A stretch of DNA of 32,000 bases from Collibacillus ludicampi (GCF_023705585.1 NZ_BOQE01000001.1:337642-369641); one strand, 5' to 3'; positions 9,792 through 20,161 are shown, counted from the first letter of the stretch. Numbers and translations are program-made. The notes: generated by a model from the letters alone, not told the origin.

Positions 9792-10145
9792 TCAACAACA
9801 AGAACCCGGTTGACCGTGTTCCTTTGCAGTTCGGAAAGAGCTTCCGCACCCGCAGGTTGAAACGGCGTTAGGATTGTCGATTTTGAAGCCTCCGCCCATC
9901 ATGTTTTCAACATAATCGATCGTTGCCCCTTCTACAAAGGGTGCGCTGTTCGGATCGACAAAGATGTTGATTTCATGTTGCGTAAAGGTCTGATCATCCT
10001 CTTTTTGCACATCCAGCGCAAGACCATAGTTAAAACCACTGCAACCGCCCGGTTTGATAAAGAGACGAAGACCAAGCTCTGGCTTGTTCTTTTGCTCAAT
10101 CAAAGCGCGCACTTTATCGGCTGCCGCTTCTGTCAATGTGATCAT
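9792..10145 (-). CDS. HesB/IscA family iron-sulfur cluster assembly/insertion protein
   Basis: MITLTEAAADKVRALIEQ...LRLFIKPGGCSGFNYGLAL...AVSTCGCGSSF with conserved cysteines; start at 10145. Confidence 0.93.
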   Translation of the reverse strand: MITLTEAAADKVRALIEQKNKPELGLRLFIKPGGCSGFNYGLALDVQKEDDQTFTQHEINIFVDPNSAPFVEGATIDYVENMMGGGFKIDNPNAVSTCGCGSSFRTAKEHGQPGSCC

Positions 10146-10287
10146 GTTTCTCACCCCTTTACTTACTATTCTATACCCTTTATCAATCATTCGGCAAACT
10201 CATGTTCACCAGTTATTTTGTGAAGGCTCATCAAAGATGTTGTTTGTTAAACATCTCGACTTCTTTGTATGGGGCTGTGAACACTCT

Positions 10288-10755
10288 TTATAAAGTTTTC
10301 ACAAAAGCGAGAACCTCTTCCATATGTCCATTTACCTTGACTTTTGGATAAATCTTGCGGATTACACCAGTTTTGTCAATCACAAATGTCGTCCGCTCAA
10401 TCCCCATATAGGTTCGTCCGTAATTTTTCTTCTCCTTCCATACACCGTAAAGCTCAGCCACTCGATGTTCTGTATCCGCCAGCAACAAAAATGGCAACCC
10501 ATACTTTTCAATAAATTTCACATGTTTGTTCACTGGATCGGGGCTGACACCTAAGATGACCGCATCTGCACTCGCAAAATCATCATGAAGATCGCGGAAA
10601 CCGCATGCTTCCGTCGTACATCCAGGCGTATCATCTTTCGGATAAAAATAAAGAACCACATGTTTCCCGCGGAAGGAAGAGAGTGTTACATCTTCTCCGT
10701 TGGATGCAGGCAAAGTGAAATCAGAAGCAGACATGCCTTCTTGTATGTTTTCCAT
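10288..10755 (-). CDS. bcp: Thioredoxin-dependent thiol peroxidase (peroxiredoxin, BCP family)
   Basis: SDFTLPASNGEDVTLSSFRGKHVVLYFYPKDDTPGCTTEACGFRD; start ATG 10755 inside the longer track ORF. Confidence 0.92.
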   Translation of the reverse strand: MENIQEGMSASDFTLPASNGEDVTLSSFRGKHVVLYFYPKDDTPGCTTEACGFRDLHDDFASADAVILGVSPDPVNKHVKFIEKYGLPFLLLADTEHRVAELYGVWKEKKNYGRTYMGIERTTFVIDKTGVIRKIYPKVKVNGHMEEVLAFVKTL

Positions 10756-10984
10756 ACGAAATACTCCTTTCGTTTTTACACTATTAACCATTCTAACACA
10801 GAAACGAATGCTTGTCTTTTCTCGTGAAACCGAAAGAAAATCCTCTATAAAGCCATGATCCTTTTGATTCGACACTTCTTTCCATGCAGAGATGTATAAA
10901 AATTGATACACTAATTGCTGGAGACTTCCGGTATGTTTGGCAAAGCCGGCAAACCAATCTCTCTATTCGAGAAAGGAGTAGACG

Positions 10985-11734
10985 ATGAGCAAACGTGTCG
11001 TACTGATCACAGGAGGAGCACAAGGGATCGGCGAGGCGATCGTACGTTCTTTTGTGCAAGCTGGAGAGCAAGTGGTATTTATTGATGTAAACGAAGAAAA
11101 AGGTTTGTCTTTACTCGCCCAATTGAGGGAAATGGGCGGGCATGCCCATTTTATCTGTGCTGATGTGGCAAAAGCAGATGATGTCAAACGTGTGATCAAA
11201 GAGATCGAGACGAAATTCGGAAACTTGCATGTCCTGATCAACAATGCTGGAGTTTCATGGTTTCACCCCCTCGAAGAGATCGAGATCGAAACGTTTGATC
11301 GCATATTGGCCATCAATCTGCGCGGTCCGTTCCTCTTGGCTAAATTTGCTGCTCCATTGATCAAAAAAAGTGTTCAACAAAATGGGGAAGGTGCCATCAT
11401 AAATATCGCCTCGACACGAGCTTTGATGTCCGAACCGCACAACGAAGCGTATGCCGCATCCAAAGGCGGACTGCTGGCATTGACACACGCACTCGCCAAC
11501 TCCTTGGGGCCAGCCATTCGCGTGAATGCAATCTGCCCGGGATGGATCGATACGACCGGCGGAAAAGATATACGCCCGGAAGATCATTCCCAACATCCGG
11601 TGGGACGGGTAGGAACTCCTTGCGACATCGCCGAAGCCTGCCGTTTTCTCGCGAGTGAGGCGGCCGGCTTCATTACAGGACAAAAGATCGTCATCGACGG
11701 CGGCATGACGATCAAGATGCAATATGTGGAGTAG
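10985..11734 (+). CDS. SDR family oxidoreductase
   Basis: VVLITGGAQGIGEAIVRSF...LHVLINNAGVSWF...YAASKGGLLALTHALA...INAICPGWIDT. Confidence 0.95.
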   Translation: MSKRVVLITGGAQGIGEAIVRSFVQAGEQVVFIDVNEEKGLSLLAQLREMGGHAHFICADVAKADDVKRVIKEIETKFGNLHVLINNAGVSWFHPLEEIEIETFDRILAINLRGPFLLAKFAAPLIKKSVQQNGEGAIINIASTRALMSEPHNEAYAASKGGLLALTHALANSLGPAIRVNAICPGWIDTTGGKDIRPEDHSQHPVGRVGTPCDIAEACRFLASEAAGFITGQKIVIDGGMTIKMQYVE

Positions 11735-11835
11735 CGGCCCCTCCGACAACCACAACCAGGCGAAATAGACCGCTACGATACTTCCGCTTCCCGGCCAAAG
11801 GCTTCCTCTTCGTTCCGTAGTAAAGGCCGGGGGGA

Positions 11836-14046
11836 TTATCTTTCATATCCGATGACTGGAACGACCATATACAAAAGAACACTAGCAGCGGCCACGACTC
11901 CCGAATCATTAAGTGCGAAAACGGCGAGACCTGTGACGAGCGCAGTCAATAACCCTTTCTTCCAGAGTGAACTCAGGGTGAACCACTTGCTTCTCATGGG
12001 ACTGAACAGGAAGAAACATACGCCAGCGAGTGTGATTAGAAATAATTTCCCCCATAATGAAACGGCGAGTAAACGCAAATTCAATTCCGCCTTACGGACG
12101 ATAATAGAAGCGATCGCATGCAGATCACCCTGTAACAATACAAATCCCGCTCTACCGATATGCGTCTGTTCCCCGTTCGGGACGATCAGATTAAGGGCCA
12201 GCAAGGCGATAAAACCGAGAATTGTCGCTCCCGTCAAAAGCCATCCTTTTTGTTTCGGAGTCTGCACATGGGCAAACAGACAGAGCGAATACGTATAGCC
12301 GATCACGGCGGCTAGCGCTCCCCCCGCATTGGTACCGAATTGGGGAGCGGCCAACAGGTAGATCACCCCGAGAAAAAGAAGAAATGAAAACGCATACGTC
12401 TGTTTTTTGTGGCGCGGATACAATTCTAATAACGTATACACAAACAAAAGAGAAGCTCCGATCAATACTCCCATATACTCATTACCGATTCCGTAATAAC
12501 GCGCTCCTCCGATCACGTCATACCCCAAGAGGGATTGTCTGACACAGGAAGCTCCTGTTAACATATCGAGCAACAGGGCTCCGGTGGTGAGTCCCCCGAT
12601 GATCATCAAACGCCGCATTCTCATCTTTACGAAGGAAAGTGTGGCGATCGTCGTCATACTGATTAGAAACAACCATTCGAGAGTAGCCGAAGCTGTCTCC
12701 GGATGGAAGACCGGAACGACAACCATAGCGAGAGGAACGACGAGCAGGCGTTCCAGGAAGGATCGGATCATGTGAAACAATCGCCATTTCAATGGATGTG
12801 CCAGGAACGCCAGCATGAGAAGAGCGATCAAAAGTTCCACATAGAAACGCAGCACGGGTATCCGCACCAGATTGGGAAGCTCCCATTCTGACGACCATCG
12901 GCGCAAATCAGTGAGTGAAAATCCGTCATGCCGCACGCTTGTCATGGGCTGCCCCAAAACGAATTCGCTGCCCGCTGTCCCGCCTAGAAAGGAAAGTATA
13001 GTGTGGGCAAGATCATAATTCGTAACGAGTCCTTGGATCTTCGTCGTATTTGAATAAAGGACTCCCGACGGCTTGAAGTCTCCGCCCGCCATGACTAATG
13101 GGGTGATCCCTTCTTGCCCGATACCCATGTCCGAGAATGACAGTGGACTCGCAACGATCAATAACGTTTGCGAATCAATTTCAGAGAACAAACGGCCAAT
13201 CAGACTATCCATGCGTGCGAGATCCTGCATATATACATGTTCCGCGACCGCAGAGTCGATTTGCTCTTTTTCCGCATGTAAGCGCAACAAATCCCCTGTC
13301 TCAATCACCGTTAATGTCGCCTTGTCCCGCACTCGTAAATAGGATTGATATAACTTCTCATAATCTGTGCGGATTCCGAAAGGCTGGACAGGGTCTTTAC
13401 ACAACACCTCGTTTCCCACTTGACCGAAATCCGTTTGACCCGCTTGGTTCATTGTAATCAAGGGCGCCAAACGATAGTAACGATTTCCTAGGTCGCTGTT
13501 CCCGATCACGGCGGTTTTACCGCCCATGTCTTTGATCTGTTCCCCCATCCAACCGAGTTGAAAACGATAAGGAAGGGACTGGTTCACGTTTGTAAGCGGC
13601 ATCATATACGGAAAGACCACATCACCAAGAGCGGGAGATCCAAGGTTTCGTTCATACAAGTCACGTCCCTTGATCGCCTGATACTCGTCGGGCAAGATGA
13701 CCCGTTCATCCTTTTCAAATGACAAACATGCCTGTTTTTCGCCCGTCACTTTGTTTCCGGCACCTATCGTCGCATAAGCGGCTTCCTCCGAACGTATCCC
13801 GGCCGTATTGGTACTCATCATTCCAATGGATCCTTTTTTCATCAATGTATATAGATTGGGCGTTTTTTCAGGTGAAATATGTTCAAGGGAGAGACCTGCA
13901 GCCAAAACGAGGATCACCCGTTTGTGCGATCGAATGCTTTCCGCGAGCACCGATTTCTGCGGGATAAGCATCATCAAAATGGAGAGCAGAGAGAGAAAGA
14001 TCAGTTCCTTTCTCCCTTTGTTATAAAGAAACTTTCTCTTCATCAA
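11836..14046 (-). CDS. Large multi-domain protein: signal/anchor, alkaline-phosphatase-like superfamily ectodomain, C-terminal multi-TM region
   Basis: 736 aa ORF: RVILVLAAGLSLEHISPEKTPNLYTLMKKGSIGMMSTNTAG...GIGQEGITPLVMAGGDF...YSNTTKIQGLVTNYDLAHTILSFLG, followed by many hydrophobic helices. Confidence 0.75.
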   Translation of the reverse strand: MMKRKFLYNKGRKELIFLSLLSILMMLIPQKSVLAESIRSHKRVILVLAAGLSLEHISPEKTPNLYTLMKKGSIGMMSTNTAGIRSEEAAYATIGAGNKVTGEKQACLSFEKDERVILPDEYQAIKGRDLYERNLGSPALGDVVFPYMMPLTNVNQSLPYRFQLGWMGEQIKDMGGKTAVIGNSDLGNRYYRLAPLITMNQAGQTDFGQVGNEVLCKDPVQPFGIRTDYEKLYQSYLRVRDKATLTVIETGDLLRLHAEKEQIDSAVAEHVYMQDLARMDSLIGRLFSEIDSQTLLIVASPLSFSDMGIGQEGITPLVMAGGDFKPSGVLYSNTTKIQGLVTNYDLAHTILSFLGGTAGSEFVLGQPMTSVRHDGFSLTDLRRWSSEWELPNLVRIPVLRFYVELLIALLMLAFLAHPLKWRLFHMIRSFLERLLVVPLAMVVVPVFHPETASATLEWLFLISMTTIATLSFVKMRMRRLMIIGGLTTGALLLDMLTGASCVRQSLLGYDVIGGARYYGIGNEYMGVLIGASLLFVYTLLELYPRHKKQTYAFSFLLFLGVIYLLAAPQFGTNAGGALAAVIGYTYSLCLFAHVQTPKQKGWLLTGATILGFIALLALNLIVPNGEQTHIGRAGFVLLQGDLHAIASIIVRKAELNLRLLAVSLWGKLFLITLAGVCFFLFSPMRSKWFTLSSLWKKGLLTALVTGLAVFALNDSGVVAAASVLLYMVVPVIGYER

Positions 14047-15175
14047 ACGCTCCCCTTTCTTTCATGCAAGCACGATACACTTCTAACGTTTCTTGTAACA
14101 TTTTGGAAACCGTAAAATAGGCAGTCGCATACTCCTTTCCTTTCATTGCCAATTGTCGTTTCAAAGGCGGATCCATATACATTCGTTCCACCGCTTTTGC
14201 CAGTGCACACGCATCTCCCGGTTGGACAAGCAGGCCGGTTTCTCCGTCTTGTACAACTTCTTCTAATCCCCCCACGAATGTAGCGATCAGGGGAACACCC
14301 GCAAGCATCGACTCGGCCGCGACAAGACCAAAACCTTCTTGCAAAGAAGGAATCACGCAAAGATCGAATCCTCTGAGAAAACGAACTGCGTCGGGGACGT
14401 GTCCGAGAAAACGGATACGACCTTTTGTATCGATTTTTGCTGCCATTCTTTCCAACTTGTCTCGTTCAGGCCCGTCACCGATGATGACGAGATCCATATC
14501 ATAACCACAACGCAGAAGCGTATGGAATGCGTCTAGCAAGAAGGAAACTCCTTTTTCATAGATCAGACGACTGATCGTCCCGATGACAAAACGGTCGTTT
14601 GCTACCCCAAGAAATTTCCTTGCATCAGTAACTGTAAAAGGTTCCCTGGGTAGAGCAACTCCATTATGGATGATACGGATTTTCTCCTCAGACACATCGA
14701 GTCGAGATCCGCAATGTTTTGCCAATGCATGAGAAACTGTGATCAAACAATCGGTATCACGCAGCAGCCATTGTTCCAATCCCTGATAGACCCTTTTCCG
14801 CCACCTATTCTTCGGTTCTATAAAGTTATGTATGGTATACACGAGACGAGGGGTTTTTTTCATCATTCGTGCAGCCAATCTTCCGACAAGCCCCGCTTTT
14901 GCTCCGTGCATATGCAGAATATCCACTGGATTGTTCTCCATCCATTCTTTCAAACGTAAGGACGCCAAGAGATCATGATATGGCGCCCATCCATCATAAA
15001 TAGGAATACCCACTCGTCTGACTCCTTCAGGAGCTTCACGAAAGAGACGTGAATCAGGCGGACAGGCAACGGAAACTTGAAAGGAAGCGGAAGACCCTCT
15101 GAGCAGATGCTGTACATGCTGCAGCATGCCTCCTTCCGCGGGACGAACAAGATGAAGAATATGGATGGATTGCAT
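14021..15175 (-). CDS. Glycosyltransferase family 4
   Basis: HILHLVRPAEGGMLQHVQHLL...LHMHGAKAGLVGRLAAR...FVIGTISRLIYEKGVSFLLDAF...LCVIPSLQEGFGLVAAESMLAGVPLIAT. Confidence 0.94.
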   Translation of the reverse strand: MQSIHILHLVRPAEGGMLQHVQHLLRGSSASFQVSVACPPDSRLFREAPEGVRRVGIPIYDGWAPYHDLLASLRLKEWMENNPVDILHMHGAKAGLVGRLAARMMKKTPRLVYTIHNFIEPKNRWRKRVYQGLEQWLLRDTDCLITVSHALAKHCGSRLDVSEEKIRIIHNGVALPREPFTVTDARKFLGVANDRFVIGTISRLIYEKGVSFLLDAFHTLLRCGYDMDLVIIGDGPERDKLERMAAKIDTKGRIRFLGHVPDAVRFLRGFDLCVIPSLQEGFGLVAAESMLAGVPLIATFVGGLEEVVQDGETGLLVQPGDACALAKAVERMYMDPPLKRQLAMKGKEYATAYFTVSKMLQETLEVYRACMKERGAFDEEKVSL

Positions 15176-15233
15176 AAGTACACCACCTTCGTTTCCAGTA
15201 TTCCCCTCTTATTTCGAAAATATGTAGCATGCA

Positions 15234-15271
15234 AAAAAGGGCTTCCCTCTCAAAAAGAAGAAGCCCTTTTT
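15234..15271 (-). terminator. Rho-independent terminator
   Basis: AAAAAGGGCTTC...GAAGCCCTTTTT stem downstream of the LysM-3D gene. Confidence 0.85.
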
Positions 15272-15284
15272 ACCCACTGAAATC

Positions 15285-16061
15285 TCACTTCAGTACTTTT
15301 ACTGTTACATTTTGTACGCCAAATTTACGCACCGTAGCGTCATCCGCATGAATATAGATATCGATACGGTTGCCACGAATCGCCCCGCCGGTATCTTCAG
15401 CAGTGGCCATGAAGCCACCGGCCGGGAGGTTCGGATCGTTATAGCCGGAAATCCACACTTTGGATCCCAGTGGAATCACATTCGGATCCACGGCGATCAT
15501 TCCCTGTGCTACGTGCTTGCCTGTCTTTGTCAAACCGCCCCATCCTGTAGAATCTGCAGGACCGTATGCAGTCGCTACACAATCAAGCGTCTTTACGACT
15601 TGCGCATCGGCAACAGGTGAAGCTTGATCCGTATGAACCGGAGCGGTCTTGTTCCCCTCTGTTGGTTCTTCCGGTGTAGCAGAGGCTGCAGCCGTTACCT
15701 CCTTGCTGCCAACAGGAAGCTGTAAGACTTGTCCAACCAAGATCAAGGACCCTTGCAAACCGTTTGCTCGTTGAATTTCTTCCACAGTCGTGTTGTATCT
15801 CTGCGATAGCTTCCAAAGGGTATCCCCTTCAACAACACGATACGACATCGGTTGATTCATTTCTTTTCCCGACTGAATTTTATCGCTTGTAAGATGATTC
15901 GCAATCTTCCAGGCGCTCACAGTCGTTCCTGTCTTCTTCGAGAGGTCATAAAGTGTGTCACCCTTTTGTACCGTATATGTTGTCGCGGACGCTTGTGCAG
16001 ATCCAAACAAAGCACCACACAGAATGGCTCCCATAGCCAGTGCTTTGACACGTTCTTTCAT
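15285..16061 (-). CDS. LysM domain + 3D domain cell-wall protein (YocH-like)
   Basis: Two LysM motifs (YTVQKGDTLYDLSKKTGTTVSAWKIAN; YRVVEGDTLWKLSQRYNTTVEEIQRANGL) and 3D domain (CVATAYGPAD...VAVDPNVIPLGSKVWI...AEDTGGAIRGNRIDIYI). RBS AAGGAGG before ATG 16061. Confidence 0.92.
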   Translation of the reverse strand: MKERVKALAMGAILCGALFGSAQASATTYTVQKGDTLYDLSKKTGTTVSAWKIANHLTSDKIQSGKEMNQPMSYRVVEGDTLWKLSQRYNTTVEEIQRANGLQGSLILVGQVLQLPVGSKEVTAAASATPEEPTEGNKTAPVHTDQASPVADAQVVKTLDCVATAYGPADSTGWGGLTKTGKHVAQGMIAVDPNVIPLGSKVWISGYNDPNLPAGGFMATAEDTGGAIRGNRIDIYIHADDATVRKFGVQNVTVKVLK

Positions 16062-16079
16062 ATTCACTTCCTCCTTCAA

Positions 16080-16192
16080 AGGCCTCCGGAGTTAGCTGAC
16101 GGGTTCGGGTGAAGGATCCCCCGCCTGTTGGTTACCAATAGGTTCACCCCAAAAGTTGGTTCCTCCGTACTTGATCAACAAGATTCGGCCAT
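16080..16192 (-). promoter_or_regulatory. ydaO/yuaA-type cyclic di-AMP riboswitch
   Basis: Minus strand: GGCCGAATCTTG...CGGAGGAACCAACTTTTGGGGTGAACC...CCTTCACCCGAACCCGTCAGCTAACTCCGGAGGC matches the recalled ydaO consensus (GGGGTGAA..., CCCGAACCCGTCAGCTAAC...). Lies directly upstream of a LysM-3D gene. Confidence 0.9.
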
Positions 16193-16274
16193 AAAATGTA
16201 CGCAGAATAGTATACCGATTACCGATCAAAACTTCATTAGTAATCGAATGGTGCAGGAGGAAGAAAGTACATAT

Positions 16275-16310
16275 CAATAAAAAACAGTCTATCTGCAATC
16301 AGATAGACTG
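16275..16310 (-). terminator. Rho-independent terminator of the decarboxylase gene
   Basis: Minus strand CAGTCTATCT-gattgc-AGATAGACTG-TTTTTT, overlapping the stop codon. Confidence 0.85.
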
Positions 16311-17762
16311 TGCAACCACCTTCACGTACTCGATATTCGGATCATCCGTTCCTTGTACGGGCAAACCCGCTTTCATATGTTCGCGGATATAATCCACGTT
16401 CTCTTGTGTGACGATTTCGCCGGGAAGCAAAATCGGAATCCCCGGTGGATAGACCATCACGAGTTCCGCAAACGTGCGACCGATCGCTTCATCGAGAGGA
16501 ACGACTTCCGTTTTTGCATAAAAAGCGTCCCTTGGGGACATTGCGAGGAGGGGTACCGCCGGTATCTTCACACGAACTTCTGTTTTATCGCGCTGCCCCA
16601 CAAATTTCTCCGAAATGCGACGCAAGGCGGATACAAGAATGTCGATCGTTTCGTCCGTATCTCCGAATGTAACGATACAAAGGATGTTATAAAGATCGGA
16701 AAGTTCCACTTCAATATTAAATTCTTCCCGTAAGATCTCCTCCACCTGATGACCCGTAATGCCCAATTCTTTCACAGAGATCGTTAATTTGGTGGGGTCG
16801 AAGGCAAACTTCGAGGACGAATCCAGAATTTCCTCGCCAAAACAATAGAGCCCGGGGATTTCGTTGATCTCCTTACGCGCCCGTTCCGCCAAACGGATCG
16901 CGGTATCGATCAATTCATGCCCGTGCATATAAAGATTCTTGCGCGCCACATCCAGTGATGCTAGCAATAAATAAGAAGTCGATGTCGTATGAAGCATCGA
17001 TAAGATCGCATGAACATGTGATGGATTGACCAGTCCCTCACGAACGTTCAAGATGGATGACTGTGTCAACGATCCACCCAATTTATGAACCGAGGTAGCT
17101 GCCATGTCAGCCCCCGCCTTCATGGAAGAAAGAGGGAGTTTCTCGTGAAAAGGAAGATGCGCGCCGTGCGCTTCATCCACGATCACGGGAATGTTGCGCG
17201 CATGTGCCAGTTCCACGATGGCTTGCAAGTCACACGCCACACCAAAATAAGTCGGGTTGATGAGAAGTATCGCTTTCACATCCGGATGGTGTGTCAGCAT
17301 CATAGAAACAGTCTCTACGGATACACCGTGCGCGATTCCAAGATTGTGATCCACGTCCGGATGCATGAAGATCGGTTGTGCACCCGATAAGATAATCGCC
17401 GTCAATACCGATTTGTGCAAATTACGCGGAACGAGAATCTTGTCCCCGGGGCCGACAACCGACATGATCATCGTCATGATCGCGCCGGACGTTCCTTGAA
17501 CGGAAAAAAACGTGTAATCGGCACCGAACGCTTCCGCAGCCAACTCTTGTGCATCACGGATCATCCCCATTGGATGATGGAGATCATCCATCGGTGCGAT
17601 GTTGATCAGATCGATCGACAAAGCGTTTTGTCCGATAAATTCACGGAATTCGGAAGGCATTCCGCTCCCTTTTTTATGACCGGGTATATGGAACTGAATC
17701 GGGTTTTTTTTCGCGTGTTCAACAAGCGCCGAAAAGAGAGGAGTTTCATTCTGTTTATTCAT
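16299..17762 (-). CDS. Orn/Lys/Arg decarboxylase-type PLP enzyme (aminotransferase class I/II fold)
   Basis: PIQFHIPGHKKGSGMPSEFREFIG...FFSVQGTSGAIMTMI...VIVDEAHGAHLPFHEKLPLSSMKAGADMAATSVHKLGGSLTQSS...YPPGIPILLPGE. Confidence 0.92.
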   Translation of the reverse strand: MNKQNETPLFSALVEHAKKNPIQFHIPGHKKGSGMPSEFREFIGQNALSIDLINIAPMDDLHHPMGMIRDAQELAAEAFGADYTFFSVQGTSGAIMTMIMSVVGPGDKILVPRNLHKSVLTAIILSGAQPIFMHPDVDHNLGIAHGVSVETVSMMLTHHPDVKAILLINPTYFGVACDLQAIVELAHARNIPVIVDEAHGAHLPFHEKLPLSSMKAGADMAATSVHKLGGSLTQSSILNVREGLVNPSHVHAILSMLHTTSTSYLLLASLDVARKNLYMHGHELIDTAIRLAERARKEINEIPGLYCFGEEILDSSSKFAFDPTKLTISVKELGITGHQVEEILREEFNIEVELSDLYNILCIVTFGDTDETIDILVSALRRISEKFVGQRDKTEVRVKIPAVPLLAMSPRDAFYAKTEVVPLDEAIGRTFAELVMVYPPGIPILLPGEIVTQENVDYIREHMKAGLPVQGTDDPNIEYVKVVAQSI

Positions 17763-17853
17763 AAGGCAATTTCCTTTCTCACGTACATAACGAACTGATT
17801 ATATCAGAACCACCTCTGTAACGGAATGTATTTTTACAAAAATATGTTCATTT

Positions 17854-18318
17854 TTATGAAAGAGAGGATTTTACATTTTCATCCGTATTTTTCCACAGTT
17901 CCCCGCCGCGAAATTCCCGCAAGAAATCGGACAAAAGTTTTTTTTCCTTCTCCGTCAAGGCATCTACCTGTACTTTGCCTTTCATCGCTGCATCCATCTT
18001 GTTCACTTGATCAGGAAGACTCTTGTAGCCGGTTCGCGCTTCCTTATCAATCACGAGTACGGAACCGCAAATCCCCGAGTAGCCGAAGCCCCCTTCCGTA
18101 CGACGCAAAGTGACCCAAATAACAGGGATACGGATGCCCCCCGGTACTTCATCGGGACTTTTAGCTGAAAATGAGATGCCTCGTTCCACGCGGCTCTTCC
18201 CGTGAATCGCGCCATTATCAATGAACACCTCTTCTCCGTCAATGATAACCGCCGATAAGGTAGCAAATTCGTCGGGGGTATCATGTCGGGAACGACCTGT
18301 GATTCCCAATTGTTCCAT
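17854..18318 (-). CDS. ywhD: YwhD family protein
   Basis: VIIDGEEVFIDNGAIHGKSRVERGISF...IWVTLRRTEGG...DKEARTGYKSLPDQVNKMDAAMKG resembles B. subtilis YwhD. Confidence 0.75.
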   Translation of the reverse strand: MEQLGITGRSRHDTPDEFATLSAVIIDGEEVFIDNGAIHGKSRVERGISFSAKSPDEVPGGIRIPVIWVTLRRTEGGFGYSGICGSVLVIDKEARTGYKSLPDQVNKMDAAMKGKVQVDALTEKEKKLLSDFLREFRGGELWKNTDENVKSSLS

Positions 18319-18338
18319 ATGTTCAACTCCCTTCCAAT

Positions 18339-18513
18339 CTTGAAAAATATGTAGTTTGGCGGCGTATGCTTTGCGTTCGTGCTCCGTGGAGGTCGTCTCG
18401 CTGGGAATATGTTTAGTCGTTGCGAGACGACCTCCAAAGTCGCTGTCTCACGCAAAGCATTACGCCCACCCAAAGTCACTTTTCATCCTCTGATGGTGCC
18501 GCTTGCGACATGG
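18339..18513 (+). repeat. Structured interspersed repeat, copy C
   Basis: CTTGAAAAATATGTAGTTTGGCGGCGTATGCTTTGCG...; outer arms TTTGGCGGCGTATGCTTTGCG and CGCAAAGCATTACGCCCACCCAAA; inner perfect arms GGAGGTCGTCTCG (18388-18400) and CGAGACGACCTCC (18423-18435); tail ACTTTTCATCCTCTGATGGTGCCGCTTGCGACATGG. Confidence 0.85.
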
Positions 18514-18517
18514 GGTA

Positions 18518-19384
18518 CTACTTATAAAATATTCCGTCACAAACGAATGTGGCAGGACCCGTCATATACACTTTTCCGTTTTCTTCGCTCCATTCGATCT
18601 CAAGATCGCCACCGAGTAAATGAACGAGAACTTTGCGGTTCAATTTCCCATTGAGGATGCCTGCGACGACCGCCGCGCAAGCACCTGTCCCGCAAGCTTG
18701 TGTGACGCCGGAACCTCTTTCCCATACGCGGAAGATGATTTCATCGCGCGAGACCACTTGAATAAACTCCACATTGACCCGTTCGGGAAACAAGGGGTGA
18801 TGTTCCAATTTTGGCCCCAAGTTTGTTACGTCGATTGTTTCCACGTCATCAACAAAGATGACCGCATGGGGATTGCCCATGGACACACAGGTAATCCGAT
18901 ACGTATTTCCATCGACTTCAACCGGTTCCATGATCATCTCCGATTCCGGATCCCCTACAACGGGGATGTCTTTCTTACGTAAGCGGGGCTTTCCCATATC
19001 GACTGTGATCGATTCCACCCGATTCTCACCGTTTAGATGCAACCTCGCCTCAACGATTCCCCCCAGGGTCTCGATCGAGAATATTTTTTTATCGGTAAGC
19101 CCTCTCTCATACACAAATTTCGCCACACAGCGCAAGCCGTTTCCACAGTTCTTTCCTTCCGACCCATCCTGGTTAAAGATGCGCATTTTAAAATCGGCCT
19201 GTTCGGAGGGAGCGATTAAGATCATGCCATCAGAACCGATGCCCGTATTCACATCACTTACACGGATCGCTACATCCGCCAATTCCTCTTCCCGTAAAGT
19301 TTCTTCAAATAAATTGACATAAATATAATTGTTCCCCAACCCGTGCATTTTTGTAAATTTCACAAATACCCCCCCACCACTCAT
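18518..19384 (-). CDS. dapF: Diaminopimelate epimerase (start may be slightly downstream of 19384)
   Basis: [15 protein letters not shown]...[25 protein letters not shown]...[14 protein letters not shown]...[17 protein letters not shown] (both catalytic Cys motifs). Confidence 0.96.
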   Translation of the reverse strand: MSGGGVFVKFTKMHGLGNNYIYVNLFEETLREEELADVAIRVSDVNTGIGSDGMILIAPSEQADFKMRIFNQDGSEGKNCGNGLRCVAKFVYERGLTDKKIFSIETLGGIVEARLHLNGENRVESITVDMGKPRLRKKDIPVVGDPESEMIMEPVEVDGNTYRITCVSMGNPHAVIFVDDVETIDVTNLGPKLEHHPLFPERVNVEFIQVVSRDEIIFRVWERGSGVTQACGTGACAAVVAGILNGKLNRKVLVHLLGGDLEIEWSEENGKVYMTGPATFVCDGIFYK

Positions 19385-19394
19385 GCTAGGCAGG

Positions 19395-20051
19395 TTATGC
19401 TACCATCGCTTTTTCAAAAGATGTTCGCGGTTGTAAGTTTTCCGGCAGAATCAAGAGACCCGGGGTCTCCGAGATCCCCAATTCTTTCGCGGAACATAAC
19501 ATCCCTTTTGAAACGACGCCGCGGAGTTTGGCTTCTTTGATTTCCATTCCGTTTGGCAAAATCGCTCCGATCAACGCGGTAGGAACCTTGATTCCTTCCG
19601 CCACATTGGAAGCACCGCAGACGATTTGTAACTCTTCCCCATTTCCGATTGATACCCGACAAACTTTTAGCTTGTCCGCATCGGGATGTTTCTTCACTTC
19701 AATCACTTCCCCCACCACGACATGCAGATAGGGATCGTATTCGATCGTCAGATCCACTCCGTTCTTATGTAACGCCCGTTCGATTTCTCCGACTTGTTCC
19801 CCATTCGCCTGTACCAAGCCATTCGTTTTTGGCCAGGAAAAATAGTCAGATGCCGAAAAAATGTTCAGGCCAACCACTTCACCCGATTCTTTGCAACGGA
19901 TCAGGGCAACATCACCCTTGCGTTCATAGACAGTCTCTCCCCTAGAGGAGTTCAGTTCAACGAGCAGAACGTCCCCGATACCTTCCGGATTATAGCAAAT
20001 ACGTACACGATTGGTCTTCAACGTTGAAACACTCCTTCCATATCTATTCAT
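19395..20051 (-). CDS. ytpR: YtpR family tRNA-binding-domain protein
   Basis: [17 protein letters not shown]...[81 protein letters not shown] (EMAP/tRNA-binding fold). Confidence 0.92.
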   Translation of the reverse strand: MNRYGRSVSTLKTNRVRICYNPEGIGDVLLVELNSSRGETVYERKGDVALIRCKESGEVVGLNIFSASDYFSWPKTNGLVQANGEQVGEIERALHKNGVDLTIEYDPYLHVVVGEVIEVKKHPDADKLKVCRVSIGNGEELQIVCGASNVAEGIKVPTALIGAILPNGMEIKEAKLRGVVSKGMLCSAKELGISETPGLLILPENLQPRTSFEKAMVA

Positions 20052-20161
20052 TATATCTCGTTTCTCATGAAGCCGCACCCGATTTATCATCAATGAAAAG
20101 GAAAAACTCCCGAGTCGATCGGGAGGTCATTCGGCGATATATTTGAAGTACGGGAATCTGC

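Noticed and set aside
11255-11755. Minus-strand ORF opposite the SDR gene, and similar long antisense ORFs (for example 2149..2412, 17085..17390, 21161..21670)
   Set aside because: Antisense shadows of well-supported genes with low-complexity His/Arg/Cys-rich translations and no domain signatures.
18051-18479. Minus-strand ORF 18051..18479
   Set aside because: Out-of-frame overlap with ywhD and made of repeat sequence; no recognisable domain.
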